Below, piece after piece: positions 50,264-62,520 of a stretch of DNA of 64,000 bases. Every line of letters begins with the position of its first letter. Positions within the stretch are counted from its first letter, which is position 1. This stretch comes from a bacterium (GTDB lineage Bacteria; Zhuqueibacterota; Zhuqueibacteria; Residuimicrobiales; Krinioviventaceae). Under the pieces are notes generated by a model, which was not told where the DNA came from, ran no database searches, and saw only the letters and a program-made list of their open reading frames with translations. A program made the translations under genes and the position numbers. The DNA lies in NCBI GenBank assembly GCA_963675755.2, contig CAXXMD010000002.1, positions 1,056,001 to 1,120,000 of the forward strand, written 5' to 3'.

Positions 50264-50397
50264 TTGTAAGCATTTAAAAGAATAATATAAATTTGAATTT
50301 TGGCTAATATACATACTGCCAACTTTAAGTTTTTCTAAAATCACAACCAGGATAATTATTCTTGTCAATTTTTTAACATGCTTTATGGAGTTAGTTT

Positions 50398-52935
50398 ATG
50401 AAACCAATGAGAAGAATTATTTCAGCCTTGATAATTTTGTCTAGTGTGTTGATTATCTTGGAAAAGGCAGAAGCACAAAGCAATATCAAAGTTGGTCCTC
50501 AACCAGACGGGAGTATTTTGGTCCCGACTAATCAACTGTTACGCCCTGCCGGATTTCAGGTAACATTTCCGGGAAGACCTGTTGATCTTGCATTGATTCC
50601 CGGGAAAAACCTGGTCGCTGTAAAAAACAGAAAATCCCTGGATATTATTCGCATAAAAGATCGGACCATCCTACAATCCTTGAATTATAAAAAAAGCGGG
50701 AGTTCATTTACTGGCTTGTGCGTCTCTGCAAATGGCAAAAAGGTATTTGTTACCGAGGCTGAAGATCAAATTCTCATTGCTGAATTGGATAAAGATCTTG
50801 TATTACGATGGGAAAACGCAATCAAATTACCATCTCCTCTTATCGGTGGAAACCCTGTTCCCGGAGGACTGGTACTAGATGAAGAACAAGACAAAATTTA
50901 TGTTACGCTGAGTCGAAACAATACACTGGGAGTAGTTGATCTGGCAGACACGACAGTGAAAGAAATTCCGGTGGGTATTGCCCCCTACGAGGTTGTTCTT
51001 GGCGCTGATTCAAAGGCTTATGTGAGCAATTGGGGCGGTCGGGTACCACATGAGGGGGAATCCACCTATAACACATCCGGCAGCCAGGTACTGGTCGATC
51101 CTGAAACCGGTATCGCAAATAATGGTTCTGTATCCGTTATTGATTTAACAAAAAATGTTCAGACAAAAAGTATTGATGTAGGATTGCATCCAAGCGGGAT
51201 GGCGCTGAATCCAGATCGAACACGGCTATTTGTGGCCTGCGCGAATAGTGATATTATTTCTGTAATCGATACCCGTACAGACAAAGTAATTGAAGAAATC
51301 TCTGTACACACGCAAAAGGATCTGCCTTTTGGTAGTGCTCCAAACGCATTAACAGTTTCTCCGGATGGGAAATATCTTTATATAGCAAACGGAACAGACA
51401 ATGCAATTTGTATAGTGGAAATTGGTACACCTAGTAAAATCACGGGATTCATTCCAACAGGCTGGTACCCCGCTTCTGTAATCCTGGATAAAGAATCAAA
51501 TTTTTTATATGTAGCAAATGTTAAAGGAATCGGCTCAAGAAATCAACGTACAGACAGAGGCGGATTCAATTCCCATGATCATATGGGTAGCGTTTCTATT
51601 ATACCAATTCCAGATGAAAAACATTTAGTTGAAATGACAAAAACCGTTCAGAAAAACAATACTTTTGTTCAAAATCTGGTGGCAGTCAAGTCAGATAATA
51701 AATTAAAAAGCAAAGTACCGGTTCCACAGATACCTTCTCAGGTCTCTCATTTCAAACATGTTGTATATATCATTAAAGAGAATCGAACTTATGACCAGGT
51801 ATTTGGTGATATGCCGCAAGGCAATGGCGATATAAATCTTGTTCATTTCGGACGAGATGTAACTCCGAATCATCATAAATTAGCAGAAACATTTGTTTTG
51901 CTGGATAATTTTTATTGCAGTGGTATTCTAAGTGCAGACGGACATCAATGGACTGATGAAGCCTATGTAACGGATTACCTTGAAAAGTTTTTCGGGGATT
52001 TCACCCGCAGTTATCCATATGATGGTGATGATGCCCTGGCCTATGCAAGCTCTGGTTTTATATGGGACAATGTACTAAGCCATGGATTGACATTTCGGGA
52101 TTATGGCGAATTTATGGATACAATAGTGGAACCCAAAGACGCGACTTTTGCAGAAATTTATCAGGATTACATGGCTGAAACCGGCAAAATAAAAATCCGT
52201 GCCAAAGCCAATCTTGAACAACTTGAACCTTATATGTGCCCCACATTTATAGGTTTCACCAACAATATACCCGATGTGTACCGGGCGGATGAATTCATTA
52301 AAGAATTTAAAACTTTTGAAAAGAACAACAATTTCCCCAATTTCATTATTATGTTATTACCCAATGATCATACATCCGGGACCCGGCCCGGACGACCAAC
52401 ACCACGCGCTGCCGTAGCAGATAATGATCTGGCACTGGGAAGAATTGTGGATGCAATATCCCATAGCAAGTTCTGGAATGAAACCTGTATTATGGTAACC
52501 GAAGATGATCCTCAGGCAGGCCTGGATCATGTGGATGGTCACCGCACGGTTGGATTGGTTATAAGCCCGTATACAAAACGCGGCCAGGTCATTTCAACCT
52601 ATTACTCTCAAATCAATATGGTCCGAACCATGGAAAATATTCTCGGTATTCCTCCCATGAACCAATTTGATATAGCAGCCGAGCCCATGACAGATTGCTT
52701 TACCGATGAACCGGATTTTACACCCTATAAGGTTTTGCCAAGCAACATAAAACTCGATGAATTGAATCCGCCACTTGAAACGTTGAACGGGGACGCACTC
52801 TATTGGGCCCGGAAATCACTTGAACAGGATCTGGATGAGGTTGATCAGATCGATGAAGATACCTTTAACCGAATCATCTGGCATTCAGTGAAGGGTTATG
52901 ATGTGCAATATCCCGTACTAACACAAAAATACTAA
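50398..52935 (+). CDS. YVTN/YncE beta-propeller fused to a phosphoesterase (phospholipase C/alkaline phosphatase-like) domain
   Basis: IPVG..P, SVSVID, TGWYP blades; IIKENRTYDQVFGD, SADGH, NDHT, EDDPQ.G.DHVD.HR. Confidence 0.88.
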   Translation: MKPMRRIISALIILSSVLIILEKAEAQSNIKVGPQPDGSILVPTNQLLRPAGFQVTFPGRPVDLALIPGKNLVAVKNRKSLDIIRIKDRTILQSLNYKKSGSSFTGLCVSANGKKVFVTEAEDQILIAELDKDLVLRWENAIKLPSPLIGGNPVPGGLVLDEEQDKIYVTLSRNNTLGVVDLADTTVKEIPVGIAPYEVVLGADSKAYVSNWGGRVPHEGESTYNTSGSQVLVDPETGIANNGSVSVIDLTKNVQTKSIDVGLHPSGMALNPDRTRLFVACANSDIISVIDTRTDKVIEEISVHTQKDLPFGSAPNALTVSPDGKYLYIANGTDNAICIVEIGTPSKITGFIPTGWYPASVILDKESNFLYVANVKGIGSRNQRTDRGGFNSHDHMGSVSIIPIPDEKHLVEMTKTVQKNNTFVQNLVAVKSDNKLKSKVPVPQIPSQVSHFKHVVYIIKENRTYDQVFGDMPQGNGDINLVHFGRDVTPNHHKLAETFVLLDNFYCSGILSADGHQWTDEAYVTDYLEKFFGDFTRSYPYDGDDALAYASSGFIWDNVLSHGLTFRDYGEFMDTIVEPKDATFAEIYQDYMAETGKIKIRAKANLEQLEPYMCPTFIGFTNNIPDVYRADEFIKEFKTFEKNNNFPNFIIMLLPNDHTSGTRPGRPTPRAAVADNDLALGRIVDAISHSKFWNETCIMVTEDDPQAGLDHVDGHRTVGLVISPYTKRGQVISTYYSQINMVRTMENILGIPPMNQFDIAAEPMTDCFTDEPDFTPYKVLPSNIKLDELNPPLETLNGDALYWARKSLEQDLDEVDQIDEDTFNRIIWHSVKGYDVQYPVLTQKY

Positions 52936-52975
52936 TCTTTATTTGATTATAAAAATCAGAATAACTCAGTCAAAA

Positions 52976-53030
52976 ACCCGCAGGATGCGGTTGCTGATCG
53001 TGACAGAAATGATCTCTGTCACGATCGGGT
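52976..53030. other. GC-rich structured intergenic element
   Basis: CCGCA-GGA-TGCGG hairpin; perfect 12-bp stem GATCGTGACAGA/TCTGTCACGATC; possible closing pair ACCCG/CGGGT; no U tract. Confidence 0.6.
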
Positions 53031-53348
53031 ATAGATGTTCAAAGTACCGGAAGTCATTCAATTGGAAGCGGCCTTAATGGAAATAATATATCATAATGCT
53101 TGACAATTTCATGAAAATTTCTTATTAATATATATATCCGACACGGGGTACAGGGACGGATATAAATCATATTTGCATATCAATACAATACATTATTAAT
53201 TAATTCATACAAAATGTTTCAATTTGAAAGCAGTGGTATAATTCATTATGTTTTTTTTATTTTTCTAAATGTATTCCAATATTTGGGGACCCTTTCTCAA
53301 ATTTCAAGATAATCATTGCATGAATTTCTAACAAAATCGAGTGAGAAT

Positions 53349-54221
53349 ATGGAATATTTGATCAAAGTTGAAAACTTGAAGAAAAAGTATCATGTAAAAT
53401 ATGCAGTAAATGATATTTCTTTCAATGTTGAAAAAGGTAGTATTGTTGGTATTTTTGGAAAAAATGGTGCAGGCAAAACTACATTGATAAAAAACCTGCT
53501 GGGATTAACAACTCCAACGTCAGGAGCAGTTAATGTGTTGGGAGTTGATCCCCAAAAGAAACGTATTTGGTTAAGAGAAAATATTGGTTATGTACCTGAA
53601 CAAATTTTCTTTCATAAAAACATGAAAACAAAATCTATTATCTCCCTCGCTTCTTCCATGTATCCCAATTGGGATAAGGAATATGAGGAAAAACTGGTTG
53701 ATCTTTTTGAACTGGATATTGAAAAAAAAGTTGGAGATTTTTCAATGGGAATGGTTAGGCAATTATCCATAATACTTGCCTTTGCGCACAAACCTAAACT
53801 CGTATTTCTGGATGAACCAACCGCCAATCTGGACCCGGTTGCAAGTTCAATCGTTCATTCACAAATCAGATATTTGGCAAAAGAATTCTCTACTGCTTTT
53901 TTTATTGCAACTCATTTGATACCCAGTATTCAAGATGTAATCAACATTTTTTTCTTTATTGATAAAGGTAAAATTATTTTAAATGATTCAATACACAACG
54001 TTACTGAAAATTACGCCAAGATATTTGTAGATAATCATTCAGAAAAGACAAACAGATTCGATGATTACACATTAAAAATAAACAATCAATCGAACAAAAA
54101 TTATGTTATTACCAATAATCTGACAAACTGGAACCAGGCTTATAATACATATGATAAATATAAAATTGAAAAATTGGATTTATTGAATTTATTTCTGGAC
54201 GCTGTTCAGGTTACGAGATAA
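53349..54221 (+). CDS. ABC-2-type exporter ATP-binding protein
   Basis: GKNGAGKT, FSMGM signature variant, FLDEP, ATH. Confidence 0.9.
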   Translation: MEYLIKVENLKKKYHVKYAVNDISFNVEKGSIVGIFGKNGAGKTTLIKNLLGLTTPTSGAVNVLGVDPQKKRIWLRENIGYVPEQIFFHKNMKTKSIISLASSMYPNWDKEYEEKLVDLFELDIEKKVGDFSMGMVRQLSIILAFAHKPKLVFLDEPTANLDPVASSIVHSQIRYLAKEFSTAFFIATHLIPSIQDVINIFFFIDKGKIILNDSIHNVTENYAKIFVDNHSEKTNRFDDYTLKINNQSNKNYVITNNLTNWNQAYNTYDKYKIEKLDLLNLFLDAVQVTR

Positions 54222-54227
54222 GGGGAT

Positions 54228-54665
54228 ATGATGAAAAAATTTATAAATTTAACACTTTATAATTTACAATATTTATACAGGTTACCGACATATTATACCG
54301 TAATCATAGGGTATTTTGGTTTATTCCTAATGATTGATATATTTATCCATCCTTTAGATCCAATCAATGGAATGCAATCTATCCTGGCATTTGTAACAAT
54401 TTATTTTATTCTATTAAAAGACAACGCTTCAAATGAAGTATTTTGGTTAACTTTGTTACCTACTTCATTATTTTTGATTAATTTATCTAAATTTTTAGCC
54501 GGATACATATCAATTTTAATAATTACTTTGTTAATAATTGTTAGCGATCATTTTGTTGTAAATTATTCAATTAATAATTGGGATTTAATTTTATCCACAC
54601 TCGTAACTTATTGTATGGCTTTTGGTATATATAGTGTTTGGTTTTTATTAAAGGGGAAAAAATAA
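54228..54665 (+). CDS. ABC-2 permease-like membrane protein, probably truncated
   Basis: Four TM segments, LTLLPTS...SKFL motif; only 145 aa; very AT-rich. Confidence 0.55.
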   Translation: MMKKFINLTLYNLQYLYRLPTYYTVIIGYFGLFLMIDIFIHPLDPINGMQSILAFVTIYFILLKDNASNEVFWLTLLPTSLFLINLSKFLAGYISILIITLLIIVSDHFVVNYSINNWDLILSTLVTYCMAFGIYSVWFLLKGKK

Positions 54666-54737
54666 AAATTGAACTCAAAATATTATGCATACAAATGACA
54701 GTTAACCGTATCTAATTGTTGTTATAATTTGTAATAA

Positions 54738-55694
54738 TTATTTTACAGCAGCAGACACTACAAATTCAACAATCTCGATAATGAGGTCTTTAGAAACGGG
54801 CGCATCCGGAGTTCCATTGGAAGCCAACTGGTCAAATAGAGTCCCGGATATAATTTTGAGATGATGGTCCATTCCCTCAATTATTTTCAGCTTGACCTTG
54901 CTGTTTGATTTGAACAGCGCTTCCCCATTATCTGTATATACCTGAAGGTCCCTTGTGCCTTGCAGTATGAGAACCGGGATCTTAAGCTTTGCAAGTTCAA
55001 AGGCAGGATCGTATTTGAACCATGATATCATATAGGGTTGTACACTTTGACGGAACAAAGTTTTCAATCCCGGCGGTATTGAATCTATTTGAGTACCATG
55101 ATTCAACTGGTCAATAATGCTTTCAGCATCAATATACAGGTTTTGGGGCAACTGTGATTTCAATTGCGTCAAAAGAATATCAGACACAGGAACGCCGGGT
55201 CCCGCAATAGATATAAAAGCATCTGCCTCAAATTCCTGACATGCAATCATGCCAATCAAAGAACCTTCACTGTGTCCAATAACTGACAGGCTGGAAAAAC
55301 GGCTATCGGATTGGAGCTTCATTATCCATTGGACTGCATCATCAATATAGGTTTCAAATCGCAGGTCTTGTTCTTTGGTCATTGATTTTGCGCTTGCCCC
55401 AATGCCACGTTTGTCATAACGAACCGAAGCTATACCATTAACAGCAAGAGATTCAGCAAGCAGTTTTAAGCTATTGTTCTTGCCCTTTGCAATGGGATTG
55501 TTACCGTCACGATCTGTAGGTCCGGATCCTGCAATGATCAATACAACAGGACAAGGAGTTTGTTCGGAGGGCAGCTCCAGGGTCCCAAACAGTTCTCCCC
55601 CGTTAACATTAATTTCAATATTCTCACCTGCAATAGACAACATGGCCGATAAAAGAATAGCTAACAAGATATATATTAAAATATTTTTTTTCAT
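54738..55694 (-). CDS. Secreted alpha/beta hydrolase
   Basis: AGSGPTDRDGN, RYDKRG, GHSEG, QGTRD, MDH. Confidence 0.9.
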   Translation of the reverse strand: MKKNILIYILLAILLSAMLSIAGENIEINVNGGELFGTLELPSEQTPCPVVLIIAGSGPTDRDGNNPIAKGKNNSLKLLAESLAVNGIASVRYDKRGIGASAKSMTKEQDLRFETYIDDAVQWIMKLQSDSRFSSLSVIGHSEGSLIGMIACQEFEADAFISIAGPGVPVSDILLTQLKSQLPQNLYIDAESIIDQLNHGTQIDSIPPGLKTLFRQSVQPYMISWFKYDPAFELAKLKIPVLILQGTRDLQVYTDNGEALFKSNSKVKLKIIEGMDHHLKIISGTLFDQLASNGTPDAPVSKDLIIEIVEFVVSAAVK

Positions 55695-56012
55695 TTGATT
55701 TTTCTCCCCTTTGCTCTATTGGGCTCGTATGAAAATATAGTAAAAATATATCTGATTATCAGTATAAAAAGTAAAATCAAAACCATTAAATACATATCGA
55801 ATAATTGATGTATCTTGCGGTATTTTCAAGCCAGTTTACAGGTTTTGACCAGTTTGATCTTGACAATGACATAAATATTCCGCTTTATATGTTATAGACT
55901 CTAACAATATTTTTTTACTTTCAAGAAACAGAGTAAAAACATATTCTTTATCAATAATCGTTCCGAATATTAAAAGAAAAAGAAAAATACAATACAACAA
56001 AAGGAGAATTAA

Positions 56013-58199
<2,187 letters not shown>

Positions 58200-58219
58200 G
58201 CATAAATAGTATTCATTTC

Positions 58220-58257
58220 AAAGCCGTTGAAACAATGTATTTCAACGGCTTTTTTTT
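58220..58257 (+). terminator. Intrinsic terminator after katG
   Basis: AAAGCCGTTGAAA-N7-TTTCAACGGCT followed by T7. Confidence 0.9.
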
Positions 58258-58301
58258 ATTGAAAGAAAATAATTTTTCCATCTCTTTAATTAACCTTGTT
58301 A

Positions 58302-58931
58302 TTACAATTCCATCCCAAATAGTAATTCAATCCTTGATAATTTCCAGGGCTCTCTCATACCTTCTTTTGGCAAAAAGGTATTATCATTGATTCCTTTCAA
58401 GAACCTTAAATCCAATCTGTAATTATTGTGTAAAACATCAAATTCTTTTCCCAACCCTATACAGAAGAAATTATCATTCTTGCGCATTTTGGATGTTATA
58501 TTTCCTTTCGCTTTATATTCCGTCTCTGGAAAAAGACTAGCATATTCCATTCCGACAAGATTATAAATCGCTTGTATACCCAATTGTAGATCGAGTTTCT
58601 GTATCAAGTTCATTTTGAATAAAATGGGTAAAGAAAGATATTGTTTAGTATATGTACTTTGAACATACATTTCATCGGTTGAATAATAAACATACTCATT
58701 TCGAGAATAATTATATGCAAGTTCAAGGGTTAAGGAAAAGAGTGATGCAATATGTTTCTCACCAAACATACCCATAATAAAACCTGGTAGATAATGATAT
58801 TCTTTGGGTTCAAAATTTTTGTAATCCATTTTTTCAACATTCGTCCCTACTACAATTCCATATTTTGGGAATGCAAAACTATTATTTGTAAATATTAAAA
58901 TAAAAATAAATAGTAATAGATACTTTTTCAA
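58302..58931 (-). CDS. Outer-membrane beta-barrel (PorT/OMP_b-brl_2-like) protein
   Basis: Signal peptide; YGIVVG.N, LELAY, YLSLPILFK, LDLRF..G. Confidence 0.7.
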   Translation of the reverse strand: MKKYLLLFIFILIFTNNSFAFPKYGIVVGTNVEKMDYKNFEPKEYHYLPGFIMGMFGEKHIASLFSLTLELAYNYSRNEYVYYSTDEMYVQSTYTKQYLSLPILFKMNLIQKLDLQLGIQAIYNLVGMEYASLFPETEYKAKGNITSKMRKNDNFFCIGLGKEFDVLHNNYRLDLRFLKGINDNTFLPKEGMREPWKLSRIELLFGMEL

Positions 58932-59074
58932 AATTAACTCCTAATTATTAAACTGATGCCTTCCTTTTGGCTGCCAGAAATACGTCAAAAATCCTTAAAT
59001 AACTGTTTTTATCGAACACTAGTTTTTGATTTTCAAATAAACTATGCAGTTTCACCCCATTTGAATACTAACTA

Positions 59075-59101
59075 TTTGACCACTGTCATTTTGTGGTCAA
59101 A
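59075..59101. promoter_or_regulatory. Candidate operator (9-9-9 inverted repeat)
   Basis: TTTGACCAC-N9-GTGGTCAAA, ~145 bp upstream of the barrel gene. Confidence 0.45.
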
Positions 59102-59184
59102 ACATTCTCAAAAAGTAACAAATATATTGTAGTTCTCTATAGATACTAAAGGCTTTGAAACCTGTTTTCCAGGGCTTTTGTAAA

Positions 59185-60852
59185 TTACTTTAAATAAGAT
59201 GCCTTTAATATCTGAACATTATTTGGGGTTTGAATCCTGATAAAGTATAATCCGGATGCCACGGTATTGCCATAGACATCTTTGCCATCCCATATCACCT
59301 TATGAGAACCAGACTGCCTTTTGCTGTTCACCAGAGTTCTAACTTTTTTACCCAGGATATCATAAATATCAATCGTTACAAATTCATTAAATTTGACATT
59401 ATATGATATTGTAGCCGAACCATTGAATGGATTCGGGAACAAGCCAATTGGGAGTTCATGGGATTTTACATCCTTATCTTTAGTAATTCCAGTTACAATC
59501 TGTCCGTTTTCCAAATCCAATTCGGCAAGATGTATACCTTCATGAAATTCAATAAATAAAAAGCCTTTATCAGATTCATCAGATACTTTTATAATTGAGG
59601 TGCTTCCATTTAATATTTCAGAAGTATTACAGATCATAATCCCTTCATTACCCCATGGTAAACTGCCGTCTACTGCCAAATTCTGTAAAAACAAAATACT
59701 GTTATTATCTTCTGATGCATAATACAAAATAAAAAATCCATATTGATTTGAATATGCTACAGATATTGGACGAAGAACATATGAATCGTTTTTTATTAAT
59801 CTTAGAGGAATAGTGTTTTCAAATGATCCATCCTGTTCAAGTATTATATAATACTGTGATGAAAACAAAAAATACTTGTTATTCTCCGTTTCGGAAACCA
59901 ATAACCTGGAAAAAGCAGAATCCGGCCATGTATAGCTTATTCCATCTTCTCCCCATAACACTTCTCCATCATTATTAAACTTTTGAGCAACTACAGTTTT
60001 TGTATTATCCATTAGCCCAATTAATATATTTTTATTATTTGCAAAATTGAAAAAATATTGATTTATTATATTATTCAAACCGGTATTAACCCAGGGAAGC
60101 GGTAACAAAAATTCTCCGTTTGAATCAATTTTTTGTAAAAAATTGTTGGAACCAATTAAAAAACAACCAGAATCCGGTTTTGCGGCTATACGTCCTACAC
60201 CAACAGTATCACATTTAGAAACAATAATTCCCGGGTTTAAAAATAACAGATTTCCCGAGTTATCAATATGTTGTAGATATCTTGTTCCCCATGGACAAGT
60301 GGATTCTCCTCCATATAGTGCATAGACACCGCCGTTTCCATCTGTTATCATATCTTTGGGATACTCTGTGGTAACAGTTTCATTCGCTAGAACGGGTATG
60401 CCCTTATCTCCAAATAATAAATTACCATCTGTATCTATGTGTTGTAGATATACATCATAATCATACCACCATGCACCACCTTGTTCAATAAAGGTTGAAT
60501 ATGCATATAGTATAAAAACGCCACCATTTTCGTCACTCGTCAATTTTGGAGCAAAACCTGCATCTCCGTATTCCATTCCAGGTGAAACATTTAAACCTTC
60601 ATCCGGGCTTCCCCAAAGTATTTCACCCTCAGGATTTACTTTTTGAATTACAAGGTTGATAGATCCTAATAGTTGGCTAATAATAAACATATTACCTAAG
60701 GTATCAATGGTTACTGCACTTTGAGGTTTATCTACTGAATAGTCACTCCATTGACTTCTTGGTAAAATTTTTACGAACAAATTTTCATTTTGTGGTATTA
60801 ATACATTTGAATAAACTAAAAGTAGTAAAAATATTTGTAAACTTTTTTTCAT
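59185..60852 (-). CDS. Secreted beta-propeller-like protein with CTD
   Basis: Repeated DxxGG and (Q)xxxxxG..LWG units; FPNPFN...ASGLYF...KASYLK. Start at ATG 60852 after AGGGG. Confidence 0.8.
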   Translation of the reverse strand: MKKSLQIFLLLLVYSNVLIPQNENLFVKILPRSQWSDYSVDKPQSAVTIDTLGNMFIISQLLGSINLVIQKVNPEGEILWGSPDEGLNVSPGMEYGDAGFAPKLTSDENGGVFILYAYSTFIEQGGAWWYDYDVYLQHIDTDGNLLFGDKGIPVLANETVTTEYPKDMITDGNGGVYALYGGESTCPWGTRYLQHIDNSGNLLFLNPGIIVSKCDTVGVGRIAAKPDSGCFLIGSNNFLQKIDSNGEFLLPLPWVNTGLNNIINQYFFNFANNKNILIGLMDNTKTVVAQKFNNDGEVLWGEDGISYTWPDSAFSRLLVSETENNKYFLFSSQYYIILEQDGSFENTIPLRLIKNDSYVLRPISVAYSNQYGFFILYYASEDNNSILFLQNLAVDGSLPWGNEGIMICNTSEILNGSTSIIKVSDESDKGFLFIEFHEGIHLAELDLENGQIVTGITKDKDVKSHELPIGLFPNPFNGSATISYNVKFNEFVTIDIYDILGKKVRTLVNSKRQSGSHKVIWDGKDVYGNTVASGLYFIRIQTPNNVQILKASYLK

Positions 60853-61133
60853 GATTATGAATCCCCTTAAAATAGTTCCCAACTATTATTTTTTAATTTA
60901 CCAATCCTTTTCACAATATCAAGGAAAAATACATTTTTATAAAAAAAGATACTATTTTACCTGAAATTTGATTAATATTTCTAAAAGTACCGGCTATAAA
61001 AACCATAACAGGGTATAGTATATGTTTATACTAATCTTCCAAATGACTAAAGGCCATTCAAAAAATTTTTAAATAATTATGATAATAATATTGATTAGAA
61101 AATTAGAATTGGGGAAAAGTGCAGTATTGAAAT

Positions 61134-61163
61134 AAAAACGCCGCGGGACATCACCCCCGCGGC
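61134..61163 (-). terminator. Intrinsic terminator after tRNA-Ala
   Basis: GCCGCGGG-N8-CCCGCGGC-G-TTTTTATTT. Confidence 0.85.
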
Positions 61164-61197
61164 ACTAACATAAAGGAGAACATCATGAAATGGAACG

Positions 61198-61270
61198 TGG
61201 AGCTAGGGAGGATCGAACTCCCGACCTTTTGACTGCCAGTCAAACGCTCTCCCAGCTGAGCTATAGCCCC
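61198..61270 (-). tRNA. tRNA-Ala (GGC); CCA not encoded
   Basis: GGGGCTATAGCTCAGCTGGGAGAGCG-TTTGA-CTGGCAG-TCAAA-AGGTCGGGAGTTCGATCCTCCC-TAGCTCC-A; G3:U70 identity pair. Confidence 0.98.
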
Positions 61271-61287
61271 AGAATTTCATGAACAAT

Positions 61288-61316
61288 ATAATACTGAATT
61301 TTCTAAAAAATGTCAA
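61288..61316 (-). promoter_or_regulatory. Sigma70 promoter of tRNA-Ala
   Basis: TTGACA-N17-TATTAT on the minus strand. Confidence 0.75.
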
Positions 61317-61341
61317 GGTTTTATTTTTACATTACTTTACA

Positions 61342-62520
61342 TTAACTCACTTTTAATTGGGATTTTGCATACTGCAATGCATCGTTTATCTTTGCAGAAT
61401 CCGGGCCGCCGCCTTGAACAAAATCTGCCGGGCCTCCCCCCTTGCCGTTGATCATGGCAATGGATTCACGAAAAACCGGACGCAGATCCAGATCTTTACG
61501 GCTGGTAGCAAACACAAGAGCAGGATTCTCACCGGTTGTTCCCAACAACAACATACCCTGAGCTTGTTTGATCACTGCACTGGCTATGCGTCTCAATACA
61601 TCAATTCTTACATCCGGGTAAATATAATCCACCAGGGATTGATTATTCAATTTATCACATAATTCTTGAATAACCGATTCTTCTTTTTCCTTGTCAATCT
61701 GTTGAATGCGTTTAAAATAGAGTTTATTCTCGTCTGTAATTTTTTCAATCTTGGCAGGTATATCTGCAAATCCGGTTGTTAACAGTTTGCCGCTTTCAGC
61801 GAGAATGGTATGATATTCCTGAAACAGCCTTACCGCCCTTCCGCCTGCGGCAAAGGTAAAGCGAAAGGTACCTCTCACCCGCTCTCTGCTCATCAACTTG
61901 ATAACGCCAACCTCTCCGGTGGTTTTTACATGCGTCCCCCCACAGGGGTCCAGATCAAAGTCATCTATTTCAACCAGACGTACATTTTCATGCATACCCG
62001 GGACTTTGCGTAAATCCGGATTATCCAGATCTTTTTCTGTAGCAATAAACGCTTTAACAGATCGATTCTGCCAAATAATCTGGTTAGCTAACAATTCTAC
62101 TGCATTGATTTGCTCATCGGTAATGTCTTGCGCATCGGTTTCGATTGTAGAAAAATCCTCACCCAAATGCGATGCAAGCGTCTCAACACCCAACTGGTGT
62201 TTAAAGCTGCCGGCAAGAATATGGAATCCTGTGTGCTGCTGCATAAAATCAAATCGTCTCGACCAGTCGAGAACACCTGTAACCGTTCCCTCGGATTTCC
62301 CCGAGTCCAGAATATGCCAGATCGTATCATCCTGTATAATTACATCAGAGACTGTCAATTCACCCAACTTGCCCGTATCATGCATTTGTCCACCGGAAGT
62401 AGGATAAAACAGGGTTTTGTCCAGTTGTACCGCGTTTTTCCCCTCAATCTCTTTAACATCCAAAACCTGTGCTTGAAATTCAGTTTGATAGCTGTCATTG
62501 TAATAGAGTTGTTCAGTCAC
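61342..62520 (-). CDS. alaX: AlaX-type alanyl-tRNA editing protein with C-terminal DHHA1/C-Ala domain
   Basis: TLFYPTSGGQ.HD.G, QQHTGFH, CGGTH, GKGGG. GTG start at 62520 after AAGGA, overlapping the upstream stop. Confidence 0.88.
   Translation of the reverse strand: MTEQLYYNDSYQTEFQAQVLDVKEIEGKNAVQLDKTLFYPTSGGQMHDTGKLGELTVSDVIIQDDTIWHILDSGKSEGTVTGVLDWSRRFDFMQQHTGFHILAGSFKHQLGVETLASHLGEDFSTIETDAQDITDEQINAVELLANQIIWQNRSVKAFIATEKDLDNPDLRKVPGMHENVRLVEIDDFDLDPCGGTHVKTTGEVGVIKLMSRERVRGTFRFTFAAGGRAVRLFQEYHTILAESGKLLTTGFADIPAKIEKITDENKLYFKRIQQIDKEKEESVIQELCDKLNNQSLVDYIYPDVRIDVLRRIASAVIKQAQGMLLLGTTGENPALVFATSRKDLDLRPVFRESIAMINGKGGGPADFVQGGGPDSAKINDALQYAKSQLKVS

Noticed and set aside
54652-54716. Frameshift at GGGGAAAAAA that might extend the ABC permease
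   Set aside because: Both alternative frames stop within about 20 codons, so slippage would not restore a full permease.
54666-54737. Possible integron attC site after the alpha/beta hydrolase (TATAAC...GTTAAC)
   Set aside because: No properly paired R/L boxes, no second cassette site and no integrase in the window.
55860-55970. PerR/Fur/OxyR box and promoter upstream of katG
   Set aside because: Only weak, imperfect matches (GTTATAG-A-CTCTAAC; TTGACA without a well-spaced -10) in very AT-rich DNA.
61010-61037. dif/Xer-like site (TAGTATA-TGTT-TATACTA)
   Set aside because: Arm sequences and spacer length do not fit the XerC/XerD consensus; likely a chance AT-rich palindrome.
61185-61232. 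Strong RBS + ATG on the + strand opening a 15-aa ORF (MKWNVELGRIELPTF)
   Set aside because: Almost entirely antisense to tRNA-Ala with no evident promoter; better explained as the complement of the trailer's anti-RBS sequence.
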